Positions 11,400 through 24,441 of a stretch of DNA of 64,000 nt are shown here, piece by piece. The first letter of the stretch is position 1, and each line of letters begins with the position of its first letter. Origin of the DNA: Phyllobates terribilis (lineage: Eukaryota); the NCBI RefSeq assembly GCF_046119375.1, contig NW_027362762.1, forward strand, positions 500,216,001-500,280,000. The letters are read 5' to 3'. Position numbers and translations under genes: made by a program. Below the pieces are notes generated by a model that ran no database searches, was not told where the DNA came from, and was given only the letters and a program-made list of their open reading frames with translations.

Positions 11400-12060
11400 C
11401 CATACACGTGTAAGTGAGAGACCACCACGACCAGGCGCCCCCCAGTGACCCCGCCACACCGCACTCAGCAGATAACAGCGCACACTAACTGCCCGGAGCC
11501 GAAGAGTTGTACCTGAGAAACCGTGGGATAGGGCACGCCCCTCTACGTCATCGCTCTGCTCTGTCAACAAGCTTTATTGAAAAGCACAGTACCTGTACAT
11601 CACTGGTTTATGCTAGTCAGCTGTCGAACAGGTTTTCTGCGCATGCTCACATCAAACAGGAAGTGATGGTATGTGCACCGGAAGCAACGACTCCCAGCAA
11701 GCTCTGCTGTTTCCGGCGTTGTAGCCGAAACTCCACTCAGCTGTACTGCGAAGAGCATTGGCTACCAGAACGATGAAGGAAGAAGGGAGACACAAGAAGA
11801 GGAGGCCGCACAGCCCGGACGCCATGCCTGTAAAGGAGGAGAGAAGGAGCCCGAACAGACGGCACCGGAAACGGCGAAGTCCAAGCTCCGACGGCAGTGA
11901 TGGGGACTCCCCGGCGGCCGGGAGAAGCAGGTGCGTTACACTGCGGGTGGAATGGCTGGAGGCACGGGCAGCACACTGCTGTGTGAGTGCAGGCAGGGAC
12001 GAGGGGCCTGTGGCTGGCCGCTCTGTGGACACTTATATAGGGGAGCGCCCGGTCAGAGGG
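11400..12060. promoter_or_regulatory. CpG-island bidirectional promoter between AIRIM (-) and SNIP1 (+)
   Basis: GC/CpG-rich. Motifs: CRE-like TACGTCAT 11544-11551, NRF1-like TGCGCATGCT 11638-11647, ETS/GABP-like ACAGGAAGTG 11656-11665 and ACCGGAAG 11677-11684. Candidate minus-strand donors CAG|GTAC for the AIRIM 5'UTR exon end at 11513 or 11593. Confidence 0.75.
11773..11930 (+). CDS. SNIP1: SNIP1 exon 1
   Basis: ATG AAG GAA at 11773 (the ORF track starts at an upstream TTG); donor AG|gtgcgt. Confidence 0.88.
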
Positions 12061-15000
12061 TTTGGCGCGTACTCCAGGCCTAATACAGGGGTTAGCTGGA
12101 GGAGTGTGCCTAATTCATTAGCCGGGGCACACCACTTATAGGGGCTGTCCTATGAACAGGGTACATTTTCATTAATACATCTTTAAATAATAATAATTTC
12201 CACAATTGGATGTGTTAAAAAAATATTCCTGTGCTGAGATAATCTTATAAATGTGGGGATCACAGCTTATTGTTTAAAAACGTGTTTTTCCTCACAGTAA
12301 CAATCAGCTTTGATCCCATACTGTAATGTCTGTATGCTTTTTTTTCCTCCCCCTCTGTCCAGGAGCTGTGGTATGATCAGACCATGTCCCTGTACGGTGT
12401 ATCTGTTACCTTTCATGCGGTGCCATCACAAATGTAATTCAGGCTGGGTGCCCACGATGCGTTTTTCAAGCGTTTATGCTGCGGAATTTCTGCAGCATAA
12501 ACGCTTCAAAAACGCATGGTAATCCGCCCCCCATGGTCCCCAAGGGGATTCCACAAGTTCTATGCCCATGCTGCGGATTTTTCCGCAACGTTTATGCTGC
12601 GCTCAAAAATCCGCAGCATGTCCATTGACTTGCATTGAGACGCATATAATCCGTGTCTGTACATTTGTACTCACAGATTATATGCGTTTCAATGTGCGGA
12701 TGGTACCCAGTTCTGGAGGAGAGAAGACTCTCATCCAGACCTGGGTACCATTGTACCTGTAAAAAAATGAATAAAATAAAAAATAAAGATAATATTCACC
12801 TTCCGACGGCCCCCGGTCTCCTTCCCTGTGCTTGCGGGCAGGACTGAAGGACCTGCGGTGACGTCACAGTCATGTGACCACAGGCCGTTCAGTGCAGTGT
12901 CCCGCGATCAGCTGGCAGCCAGGAACGAGCGCAGCAACACACGCCGGGCCATCGGAAGGTAAGTATAGGTTTATTTATTTTTTTTTTTTTTAACATTCTT
13001 ACGGTCACACTATATAAATCCATGCTGTTTGCATGGATTTATATAGTGTGACCTAGTTGTCAAGCACTTCCCAAGTGATGCTAAAATCGCCTGGAAAGCG
13101 CTTGTCAATCCGCATGCAGAAACGCTTGTGAATAACGCTTCAAATCCGCATGTATTTGGCAGGAAAAACGCATGCACAATCTGCATGCGTTTTTCCTGCC
13201 AGGGATATGCAGAAATTCTGCAGAGATTTTCTGCTTAATTTCTGCATCGTGGGCACATAGGCTCAGTCAGGGACTGGAGCCTCTACAGTGGTGTAACTTT
13301 TCATGAATTTTATGGGCTGGTGCCCATGTTGCACCCATACTGCACCAAATATAATATTTTTACACATTCACAGTTGCGCAAAAAACATTGTGACTTATTA
13401 AAAGCATTTTAAGCCAGAAATTTGGAGTAAATCCCTTGCTGAATTAAGGCCTCTGTTTTCTGAGTGCCACTGCTTTTCAGAGTAAACCTACACAACTGCA
13501 GTGAGGTAGGTAGTGACTGATTGTTGTTGCCCACGGTGCAGGCTGTATGGATCGGTTGACAGCTTCTCTTTATAGACCCATCTGTAGGTGTCCCTCCAGT
13601 GTTTAAAAGTGGTTGTCTGCTACTAATGGCTTGGATAGACTCGGCTGTATGCTTGTCAAGGCAACCATATGACGCACGGCGATTATTCATGAGACTTTAG
13701 TTCTTTTACAACCCCAGACTTTGGCTCAGAATGTGTGCTGATCAGCGATATTGCAAGCTGATCACCACATATTAAGTACTGTATTACTAAAATCTCTTAT
13801 CGGCAGGAGATTATCACTAGAGAATTTAGTAATTTACTGCCATTTAGCCCTCCATATTCATGAACTCTGTATAACTCAGTCCCAACAATGATTGGCAGCT
13901 TTCTGCCCATGCAGTGTGCACAGAAAGCTGCCAATCAGTGGTGGGGCTGGGATTATACAGCACTCAGCATACTGACCACTGCTTAGTCTGTGGTAGGTAA
14001 AACAGAATTTTTATCAAAACTGCAGCACCCAGTAACATAGGTGCCCCATCGCTGGATCAGGGTCTCCATCCCTACATTATGCTGCTCGCAGATGCGGTAT
14101 CTATAACCTGGTGGTGCAGTCTCTTCAAACTCCTCATAAAATAAGCAGTCAAGCAAACAATGTGCATTTGATTGGATATGTTTATACGAGTGAATAGTTG
14201 CTTCATCCAACCTATCATCAGCCCGTGTAAAATGGCCTTTACTCTAAATAGTAGGACTTATGCATGATACTCGTTGGGTCTTCTGATCATTTTCTTGGTA
14301 ACCCAATTGGCCAGTGTGCTGCTGCACCTGATTTGAGGATCAATTGTGAACATAACATTGTAGAGAAAATTTAAAGGGATTCTCTAGTCATAAGGTAAAT
14401 TTGGCAGTGGACAGTGGAGGTGGTAAAACAAGAAAAGAATGCATCATCACCCCCGCACTGCTGCCATCACCCCCCTCTTTGGCTTCATTCATTGCTTACT
14501 GTCTGAACTCCTTGCCTGATATCACACAGACAGTGAGCTATCAATCAAGCTAAAGAGGCTGGTGCTGGGCAGGTAACAACCTGAGGAGGCAGAGGCTGGT
14601 GATGTGCTCTGTCACACCCAGAGCACTTAACACTTCATTGGTATATGCATGAAAATTCAGTAACCAGTGACAATTTCAAGATGTTAATGGATTTATAACC
14701 CCTATCTCCTTGCCAATACATGTTGTTTGAGGGGTTGATCTTACTGACAGATTCCCTTTAAATTTCACTAATAGGATTTACTTTGTGGTGCTAAATATTT
14801 GTGTGTTTTTTTTTTTTTGTGTAGGTCACCAGGAAAACGGAAGAGGTCACATATAAAACGAAGCAGATCTCCAAGGAGTAGGAGGCAAAGAAGTGAAAGT
14901 CCTCCGCACTTTCCTGTGAAAATAAAGCAGGTACATATGGGGTTTGCATTTTCGGGGCAAAATCTGAATTATGGTACCAGTTAATAGTTTGTACATACCT

Positions 15001-18000
15001 ATTCATACAGTGGTTGCCCTTTTGTCTTACTGGAATGTGCACTTTGTAGATTCAAACTGAAGGCATCAGACACAAGTGAACACATGTAGAAACAAACCAG
15101 AGCGTTTTAAACCATAGATTCCTCAAAGTCACACAGCTTTACACACGTTTGGTATCCTCTCAAGCAGCTTCATCAGGTAGTCGCCTAGAATGGCTTCCAA
15201 TGAACAGACGTGATTTGTCAAGATTTTTTTGTGAAATCACCAGCCTTCAGAAAGCGTTTGTGACCATCAGGTATGTTCTGCCGAGGAAGTGTTGGTACAC
15301 ACTGTTTCATACAGTGCTGAATGCTATTCCACAACCATTCTCAGCCAGAATATGGCAAGAACCACTCAACCAAGAAAGCAGAAATGTCTGTACATTATTA
15401 CATTAAGACATGATAGTCAGGCGCTCTCAATTTGTGTTTTCTGAGGCTGCTACCTCTGATGAACTTATCCTCTCCAGCGGAGATAATTCTAGGACCCCCT
15501 TTCCTGTGGTGGCCCTCACAAGAACCAGTTTAATCTTAGCAATTGATGGTTTTCATTACTGCTCTGTGTGATCATTATGTGGCTTTTACAATGTAAGCCT
15601 ATAGAGTGTCAGAATGAGGCTCCATAGGCATTCATTGTAAAATAGACTTTCGGATCACCCATGGAGTGAGCTGGCTAGTCCCAATTGCGGCAACGTCACT
15701 GACAAGCGAAGCAGGATGGCGCTGGACACCGGAGAAAGCAGCTGTAGGTGAGTATATTGATACTTGCAGTATATTACATGTATGCACACTTATTAAAGCA
15801 CCACTCCAGCTGGCTTTTTATTGCACCACTGGAGTGGTGCTTTAAATGCAAGTCCCCTGTCTGATAGTCACCTGCCGCCTTCATCAGTTTCCAGTGTCAT
15901 TCCGGTTAGTCTCCGGCAAAAAGTGACATGCTTGCAGATCCAGTGTTTCATGGAGCTGCATGGAGGTCACTTTTGAATAAAAGTCTATGAGAGCCTTGTT
16001 TTGGCTCTAATAGACTTGTATTGAGAGCGTGTGCCATAGCTCCTGGCTTCCAGCCAGTCAGAAGCTACTATTACAAGATGGCACAAAGGGACTGGAGCGG
16101 CACCGAAAAAACTGCGCCGGAGGGTGAGTATGTGACCGGTGCTAGGGGGCTTAGATTTAAAGTGCCATTCCAGCGCTGAAAAAAAAACCCCGCTGAGTAG
16201 TGCTTTAAAAAAAAAAAAAAGGTGAGTACCTTCGTAAACCTGAAATTATTCGGTTGGTGATATGATTCATAGCTTTAGATACGTAAGCTATATCTTATAG
16301 GTGCATTTTATATTTCACCTTGTTTACTTGTGTACCTCTATTTCACTATATACAGTTAGGTCCATATATATTTGGACAGAGGCAACATTTTTCTAATTTT
16401 GGTTCTAGACATTACCACAATGAATTTTAAACAAAACAATTCAGATGCAGTTGAAGTTCAGACTTTCAGCTTTCATTTGAGGGTATCCACATTAAAATTG
16501 GATGAAGGGTTTAGGAGTTTCAGCTCCTTAACATGTGCCACCCTGTTTTTAAAGGGACCAAAAGTAATTGGACAGATTAAATAATTGTAAATAAAATGTT
16601 CATTTCTAGTACATGGTTGAAAACCCTTTGTTGGCAATGACTGCCTGAAGTCTTGAACTCATGGACATCACCAGACGCTGTGTTTCCTCCTTTTTGATGC
16701 TTTGCCAGGCCTTCACTGCGGTTGTTTTCAGTTGCTGTTTGTTTGTGGGCCTTTCTGTCTGAAGTTTAGTCTTTAACAAGTGAAATACATGCTCAATTGG
16801 GCTGAGATCAGGTGACTGACTTGGCCATTCAAGAATATTCCACTTCTTTGCTTTAATAAACTCCTGGGTTGCTTTGGCTTTGTTTTGGGTCATTGTCCAT
16901 CTGTAGTATGAAAAGATCGACCGATCAGTTTGGCTGCATTTGGCTGGATCTGAGCACACAGTATGGCTCTGAATACATCAGAATTCATTCGGCTGCTTCT
17001 GTCCTGTGTCACATCATCAATAAACACTAGTGACTCAGTTCCACTGGCAGCCATGAATGCCCAAGCCATCACACTGCCTCCGCCGTGTTTTACAGATGAT
17101 GTGGTATGCTTTGGATCATAAGCTGTACCACGCCTTCGCCATACTTTTCTCTTTCCATCATTCTGGTAGAGGTTGATCTTGGTTTCATCTGTCCAAAGAA
17201 TGTTCTTCCAGAACTGTGCTGGCTTTTTTAGATGTTTTTTTAGCAAAGTCCCGTCTAGCCTTTTTATTCTTGATGCTTATGAGTGGCTTGCACCGTGCAG
17301 TGAACCCTCTGTATTTACTTTCATGCAGTCTTCTCTTTGTGGTAGATTTGGATATTGATACGCCTACCTCCTGGAGAGTGTTGTGCACTTGGTTGGCTGT
17401 TGTGAAGGGGTTTCGCTTCACCATGGAGATGATTCTGCGATCATCCACCACTGTTGTCTTCCGTGGGCGCCCAGGTCTTTTTGCATTGATGAGTTCACCA
17501 GTGCTTTCTTTCGTTCTCAGGATGTACCAAACTGTAGATTTTGCCACTCCTAATATTGTAGCAATTTCTCGGATGGGTTTTTTCTGTTTTTGCAGCTTAA
17601 GGATGGCTTGTTTCACCTGCATGGAGAGCTCATTTGACAGCATGTTTACTTCACAGCAAAACCTTCCAAATGCAAGCACCACACCTCAAATCAACTCCAG
17701 GCCTTTTATCTGCTTAATTGAGAATGACATAACGAAGGGATTGCCCACACCTGTCCCTGAAATAGCCTTGGAGTCAATTGTCCAATTACTTTTGGTCCCT
17801 TTAAAAACAGGGTGGCACATGTTAAGGAGCTGAAACTCCTAAACCCTTCATCCAATTTTAATGTGGATACCCTCAAATGAAAGCTGAAAGTCTGAACTTC
17901 AACTGCATCTGAATTGTTTTGTTTAAAATTCATTGTGGTAATGTCTAGAACCAAAATTAGAAAAATGTCTCTGTCCAAATATATATGGCCCTAACTGTAT

Positions 18001-18070
18001 GTACTGTCTGTATGAAATCTATTTTTTTTTTCATTCTACTTGAAAATTTAATAAAAAAAAAATATATATA

Positions 18071-18101
<31 letters not shown>

Positions 18102-21100
18102 GTGTAGTGCTTCTTTAAGGACTGGACATTAGATCAGTGAAAATATGTATGTTGGTCTGATGGGTCAAAATGTGAGATATTTGGTACCATCCACCATGTC
18201 TTTCTAAGATGCAGGAATAGTGAATGGATTATTCTACATGTGATTCCTATCGTGAAGGATGGAGGGGCAGGTGTGATGATGTGTGGGTTCTTTGTTGGTG
18301 ACACTATTGGTGATTTATTCCAAATTCAAGGCACACTTACCCAGCATGGCTACCACATCATTCTGCAATGACATACCATCCCATCTGATTTGCACTTAGT
18401 GAGACCATGATTGGTGTTGCAACAGGACAATGACTCAAAACACACACATGTAGGCTATGTACCGTTCTAAAAAGAACGGAGGTCTGTAATTTTTATCGCA
18501 GGTACACTTTAACTGTGAGAGACAGAATTTTAAATAAAATTTTATTGCATGAAATAAGTAGTTGATACAATTGAAAAACATAACTTAATATTTGGTGCAG
18601 AAAACTTTGTTTTCAATTACAGAGGTCAGATGTTTCCTGTAGTTCTTGACCAAGTTTTCACACACTGCAGCAGGGACTTTGGCCCACTCCTCCATACAGA
18701 TCTTTTAGGTTTCGGGGCTGTCGCTAGGCAACATTGAGTTTCAGCTCCCTCCCAAAGATTTTCTATTGGGTTCAGGTCAGGAGACTGGCTAGGCCACTCC
18801 AGGACCTTGAAATGCTTCTTACGGAGCCACTCCTTAATTGTCCTGAGTGTGTGTTTCAGGTCATTGTCATGTTGGAAGACCCAGCCACGACAATGCTCTT
18901 ACTGAGGGAAGGAGGTTGTTGGGCAGAATCTCGCTATACATTACCCGATCCATCCTCCCTTCAATATAGTGCAGTTGTCCTGTCTCCTTTGCAGAAAAAG
19001 CACCCCCAAAGTATATTTTCCCCACCATGCTTCACGGTTGGGACGGTGTTCTTAGGGTTTTACTCATCCTTCTTCCTCCAAACACGGCGAGTGGAGTTGA
19101 TGCCAAAAAGTTCTATTTTGGTGTTATCTGACCACATGACCTTCTCACTTGCCTCCTCTGGATCATCCAGCTGGTCACTGGCGTGAGCAGGGGGACCTTG
19201 CATGCCCTGCAGGATTTTAATCCATGACCGTGTAGTGTGTTACTAACGGTGATGTTCGAGACTGTGGTCCAGCTCTCTTCAGGTCATTGACCAGGTCCTC
19301 CCGTGTAGCTCTGGGCAGATACCTGACCTTTCTCAGAATTCTTCTTACCCCACGAGGCGAGATCTTGCATGGAGCCCCAGACCGAGGAAGATTGACTTCA
19401 TCTTGTGTTCCTTCCATTTTCTAATAATTGCGCCAACAGTTGTTACCTTCTCACCAAGCTGCTTCCTATTGTCATGCTGCCCATCCCAGCCTTGTGCAGG
19501 TCCACAATTTTGTCCCTGGTGTCCTTAGACAGCTCTTTGGTCTTGGCCATGGTGGAGAGGTGTGAGTGAGTGTGGACAGGTGTCTTTTATCTAGGTAATG
19601 AGTTCAGACAGGTGCAATTAATACAGGTAATGAGTGCAGAGTAGGAGGGCTTCTTAAAGAAAAACTAACTGGTCTGTGAGAGCCACAATTCTTGCTGGTT
19701 GGTAGGTGATCAAATACTTATTTCATGCCATGAAATGCAATTTTATTTTTTAAAAATCATAATGTAATTATCAGGTTTTTTTTTTTTTTTTTATTTATTT
19801 TTTTATTAGATTCTGTGTCTCACAACTGAAGTGTACCTATGATAAAAATGACAGACCTCTCCATTCTTTGTAGGTGGGAAAACTTGAAAAATCGGGAGTG
19901 TATCAAATGCTTATTTTCCCCACTTATTTATCACCCAACCTCAACTCAATTGTGCTGGATTGGGATGAGTTGGATCACAGCGTGAAGGAAAAGCTACCAA
20001 TAAGTGCTCAGCACCTCTGCGAATGCTTTTAAGACTGTTTGAAACTCATTCCAGGTGACTACCTGGTAAAACTGCTCGAGAGAAGGGGGCTACTTTGAGG
20101 AATATAAGGTTTAAGACATACTTTGGTTTGTTTTCCACATGTTTCTTATCTCCTTGTTTCCATATGTGTTCTTTTTTTGGTGTTGCTGCCTTCAGCTGAA
20201 TCTACAATGTGCACATACCAATAAGAACAAGGAAAACCATTGCATGAACCAATATGTTCACACTTTTGACCAGCACTGTACATATTTACTTAAGGCTTAA
20301 GTTTATACCATTAGTTATGCAAATTACCTATTCAGAGAAAAAGAGGACTTGTACTCTATAGCGCCACCTATTGGAAGCAGCAATCCTACAAGTCACGATC
20401 AACCCTTTAACGAGTCATGCAATATGACTTAGGATAAAAGCCAAATCAGAATCTCAATTTTCAGACATTGCCATATATAATTCCTCTGAATAAAGCAATT
20501 AGGTGATCAATTCATTGATGTTAGTACTTTCCCTCTGTACTGCTTGCATCCTTGTGGAAGACACAACTATTGTGCTAAGAAATAGTTAAGTGAAGCCACT
20601 CGTGTTTCCTGTGGAACTAGTGATTTATATGCCTTATTAGGCTGCTACTCAGAATCTCTCTGTGATCAGGGCTGTGAGCTGCAGAAGTCGCTCCTTGTCT
20701 GGCAGCCTCATTGTGAGCATATATCACATGTTCACCCATTCGTTTAAATGGACCTAGAGTAATACTAAGATTACATTGCTGTGGAAATGACCAGGCGAGA
20801 GAACCGCTTTGTTTCATTTTCTACGGTTTAGCAAAAAATCTTATCAATGAATAAAGAAGCACTCCCATCAATATTTGTATCCTTTTAATATATTGCTGTC
20901 ATCATATTATATAGCACTGTGTACTTACAATTGCTCATTTTGCGCTTCTACCCAGCTAATTCTTCTTTTCTCTGCTCTTATGTAGAAACAGGAAATATCT
21001 TGTCCCTGCAGAAATCAACTCTTGACCCAGCTGCTGTGCCCTTCCCCCTGCCATTGACTTATGCAGTGACATATGACTCATACAGGGAAAATTGACCTCC

Positions 21101-24100
21101 TGTTTCTATGTAGAGCTTAGAAGGATAAGTCTGTTTTTAATCATGTGATGTCATAGACCTAATGGAAAAAAGCAGTAGTCGCTGGGTAGAAAGGCAAAAC
21201 GAGCAATTGTAAGTACACAGTGTTATATAATATGGTGATTGCAATATAATTAGAGGATAAAAAATTGATGGGAGGAGTGCTTCTTTAGGTATAGACTTTT
21301 ATTGGAAAATATTGATCATATAACATATGTATGAATGTTTCCAAAGGAAAGAGACGATAACTCACACCGAATTCATGATGACCGGCAGCCCTCGCATAGG
21401 AACAGAAATAGAGACCAAACTGATAGAAGCTGGAACAGCCTCTCCAGACACAGAGAAAGGGAGCGGGAGGAAAACAATTTAAGGGAGCAAAGAGCAGAAA
21501 GGGAATTCCACAATGACAGGAGGAGAGAAAGAAGACAAAGAGAAGAGCAAGAAGGAGAGCAAGGAACGGAGTCTGACAGCACTACTAATAAGAAAGAAGC
21601 ACCAAACTTTGAACTTTCTGGAGCGTTACTTGAAGACACAAATACCTTCCGAGGTGTGGTAATAAAGTACAGTGAACCGCCTGAAGCTCGCGTCCCGAAG
21701 AAGCGTTGGCGATTATATCCTTTCAAGAATGACGAGTCTCTCCCAGTCATGTACATCCACAGACAGAGTGCATACCTGCTGGGCAGGCAAAGGCGGATTG
21801 CTGATATTCCCATAGATCATCCTTCCTGCTCCAAACAACATGCCGTCTTGCAGTACAGGTAATAGTCATTTCTACCTTTTCATCGAGGGGCATAGTGTTG
21901 CATCTGACAATTTTTATTGTTCTTGGTTGTGTTATAGGGTTAGTAGCTTTGTCAAAAGGCAAAGCCATTAAACGATGGCTGTGACATCAGTAGGACACAT
22001 GTCACTGTAACATTTACACCTGCTTGTGGCCTTGCCTGTTCTGATACACTACTTAGTAATTGCATGCATTTATATTTTGGCATTATTAGCCCTTGCTCAC
22101 AAATGGTTGTAGTTGTAATTCAATTTTGTCATTGAATTGCTGCATCTACACATACAGTTAAAGGGAAACTATGAAGTCCACCTACGATTTTACAATGTGC
22201 CCATCACCAGTTAGTCCCTTATTCATGTATTCCAGTAATGTTTTAAACAACTGCATATATTTGAGTAAAGTGAAGTTATTTGCAGCACCTCCCCTGTATG
22301 CTAATGAATGAGGACTAGTCCGGTGAGGCATTTTCTCAGTAGCTGCAGTAGTGCCCCCTGGATGTGATTGACAGTCCCTGCACTGTGTTGTGATCTTCAG
22401 AGTTTGCGCACCTCCCTGCATCTCTCTTGTGCTGTCACGCTAGTGGCTCACTGCAGAGCTGTGACAGGGCAACACAAGTGCCAGGAGGAGCACAAACTGA
22501 ATTCTCAAGCTCCACAGGGACTGTTAATTGTGTCCAGGGGCTGTGATTGCAGCTTCTGAACCTGGATTAGTCTGAGTAAATGCCTCTCTGGACTAGTCCT
22601 GGTTCATTAGCATATAGCGAGGTGTTACTTTTACTCAGATTTGTGCAGTTTATACTGCTAATGCTGTAATCACATTCACTTGGAGAATCATGATGAAATG
22701 TCATTTTTACAATACAATAAACCCTATAAAAACAAACCACATAAAACAAATGTTGAATTTTTTTTCCTTCCAACTTCACTGCACTTGGATTTTTTCCCCA
22801 TTTCCCAGCACATATTATAGGAAAACTTCAACTCGCCCTGCTAACAAATAATTGCTCATACGGCTACTTCAACAGAAAACAAAGGGGATCTGAAATGTTC
22901 CTCTTAAGGGGGTATTCCCATCTCCAATATGGTACGCCATAATTGTCTGATGTGGGTTATGTCCATTGATGGCAGTGCGTGATGGTCACCCATTCACTAG
23001 ATGGGTCCTAGAAGTGAACATGTCATGCCGCCGTGAATGGAGAGGTGATCAGCATCTATCATACAATTATGCCATAAAGGTCCGCTCCTATAAGTCCAGA
23101 AGATGGCAGGCATCAGAAACGGGTGTCAGCTATAATATATAACAACCATCCTCTGGGTGCAGTCTGGATGGAAGAACTCCAACGCTTTTGACCTCTTAGA
23201 TGCCACCTTCACCAGAGACTTATTTGGCATTGAGGTGGTTAGAAAGTGCACGGATAAGGACATGAATTCAAAAAAACATCACAGAAAAGAAGCAGGTCTT
23301 ACCAACACCAGGTCAGATTACCAAAGCACAAGCCGGATGCAGCAGACCCCCATGGTAAAGGCGGGGGCAGCACAGGTGCAGAATACTGATGTGACAGCCT
23401 TCCCCTCCATGAAATGGCAGATGTGAGTGGCTGTGTAGTACTACAATTGCACACAGATTGGGCTTGCATAGGACACCAGTCACACAGATAGGTATGATGC
23501 AAGTTGTCTGGCTTACAGCCTATTAATGACACCCTTAATTTTAAATCAAGCGGACTGTCCAGCACTATATATGTGCACCCCACAGAACAGATGCCCCAAT
23601 TCACCCAACCAACATGGCTGCATCCTGCAAATGATGAAAAATGTGCAATAAAAAGATGATAAATACATTACATTAGGTATTGGTCGATATCATGGGGGTC
23701 TGCTGCATCCTGCTTGTGCATTGGTTATCTGACCTGGTGTTGGTAAGGCCTGCTTCTTTTCTGTGGTTAGAAAGTGGTAGTAAACTCCCACCCCATCATC
23801 AGTGGAGTGCTAACAAAGGCTCTTAGGCATGTACACCAATAAGTTGTGTGTGTGTCTTTTTTCTGAATCTTTTTTTGTGGCAGAAACTACCACGTTTTTG
23901 AGGAGGATTTGGAGAATTTCTGTTAAGTTTCTGCACTAAAAAGTCCTCAAAAAGCTTTGTGCATTTACCCTCTGGTGAAGAGAATGAACTCATCCCACAC
24001 ACAAGCAGCCCCCATGCAAACTGCATATGTGGAAAAATAAAACTTAAGGCTTTGAATATAGCGTCCTAAACACTCAAATACTTTTTAAATGGATGTCACA

Positions 24101-24441
24101 TTAGCTAGAATGGATAGGGTTTGGATGGTGTATGTAATTTTACAGTATTTTGTCTTTTTGTCTCTAGAATGGTGGCATTTACCCGCGCAGATGGAACAAC
24201 AGGTAGACGGGTCAGACCGTACATTATCGATCTGGGGTCTGGAAATGGCACGTATCTGAACAACCAAAGAATTGAGCCACAGCGGTACTATGAACTGAAA
24301 GAAAAGGATGTGCTGAAATTTGGCTTCAGCAGCAGGGAATATGTAGTTTTACACGAATCGTCAGATACCTCAGAAGTGGACAAGAAGCCTGATGATGATG
24401 ACGAGGAGGATGATGAGGAAGATGAGGGCACAGATGGCTAA
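11773..24441 (+). CDS. SNIP1: SNIP1 (Smad nuclear-interacting protein 1, FHA domain), join(11773..11930,14825..14930,21347..21858,24168..24441), 1050 nt = 349 aa + stop
   Basis: RS/RE-rich N-terminus; [39 protein letters not shown]; FHA core [28 protein letters not shown]...[13 protein letters not shown]; canonical splice sites with consistent phases. Confidence 0.96.
12442..13262 (+). mobile_element. PIF/Harbinger-type MITE in SNIP1 intron 1
   Basis: TIR GGCT.GGTGCCCACGATGC / GCATCGTGGGCACATAGGC with a 3-bp TSD tca/tca; homologous to 47183-48048. Confidence 0.8.
14825..14930 (+). CDS. SNIP1: SNIP1 exon 2
   Basis: Poly-T tract, gtag|G; encodes [35 protein letters not shown]; donor CAG|gtacat. 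Confidence 0.92.
15030..15560. mobile_element. Degenerate, internally rearranged Tc1 remnant related to the 30682 family
   Basis: Pieces similar to the 5' part of the 30682-32250 element, in both orientations. Confidence 0.5.
15797..16204. mobile_element. Kolobok/T2-type MITE
   Basis: TTAA-AGCACCACTC ... GAGTAGTGCT-TTAA. Confidence 0.7.
16353..17997 (-). mobile_element. Full-length Tc1 (DD34E-type) transposon with frameshifted transposase, in SNIP1 intron 2
   Basis: TA TSD; long TIRs CAGTTAGG.CCATATATATTTGGACAGA; transposase split over ORFs 17185..17682 (paired-like HTH, GRPRK), 16890..17246 (WTDETK) and 16606..16959 ([12 protein letters not shown]). Confidence 0.95.
18160..20275 (+). mobile_element. 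Old Tc1 (30682-like family) remnant split by a younger Tc1
   Basis: Catalytic-region similarity at 18160-18465, resuming at 19930-20275 and ending ttgaccagcactgTA. Confidence 0.6.
18470..19924 (-). mobile_element. Tc1 element with degraded transposase and one truncated end (family of 48861-55939)
   Basis: Terminus GTATCAAATGCTTATTTTCCCCACT; minus-strand ATGGCCAAGACCAAAGAGCTG start matches the 48861 copy. Confidence 0.85.
20335..20468 (-). mobile_element. Probable Penelope-like terminal fragment
   Basis: tatagcgccacctattggaag...ggataaaagccaaatcag.atctcaatt..cagaca resembles a recurrent anuran PLE tail as I recall it; not searched. Confidence 0.35.
20853..21287. mobile_element. Kolobok/T2-type MITE with long TIRs, ending about 60 nt upstream of SNIP1 exon 3
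   Basis: AAAGAAGCACTCC ... GGAGTGCTTCTTT; the arms are extensively complementary. Confidence 0.75.
21347..21858 (+). CDS. SNIP1: SNIP1 exon 3
   Basis: ccaaag|GAA AGA ... TAC AG|gtaata; within ORF 21335..21862. Confidence 0.93.
24168..24441 (+). CDS. SNIP1: SNIP1 exon 4 with stop codon
   Basis: tctctag|A ATG GTG GCA ... GGC TAA; C-terminal half of the FHA domain and an acidic tail. Confidence 0.95.

Noticed and set aside
11758-11772. Upstream TTG start extending SNIP1 (MATRT...)
   Set aside because: The ORF caller used a non-ATG start; the first ATG at 11773 is the supported start.
21373-21813. 146-aa antisense ORF over SNIP1 exon 3 (similar antisense ORFs at 11652..12032, 17216..17833, 27996..28346, 50974..51333 and 53385..53795)
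   Set aside because: Shadows of real coding or transposase sequence on the other strand; no independent signals.
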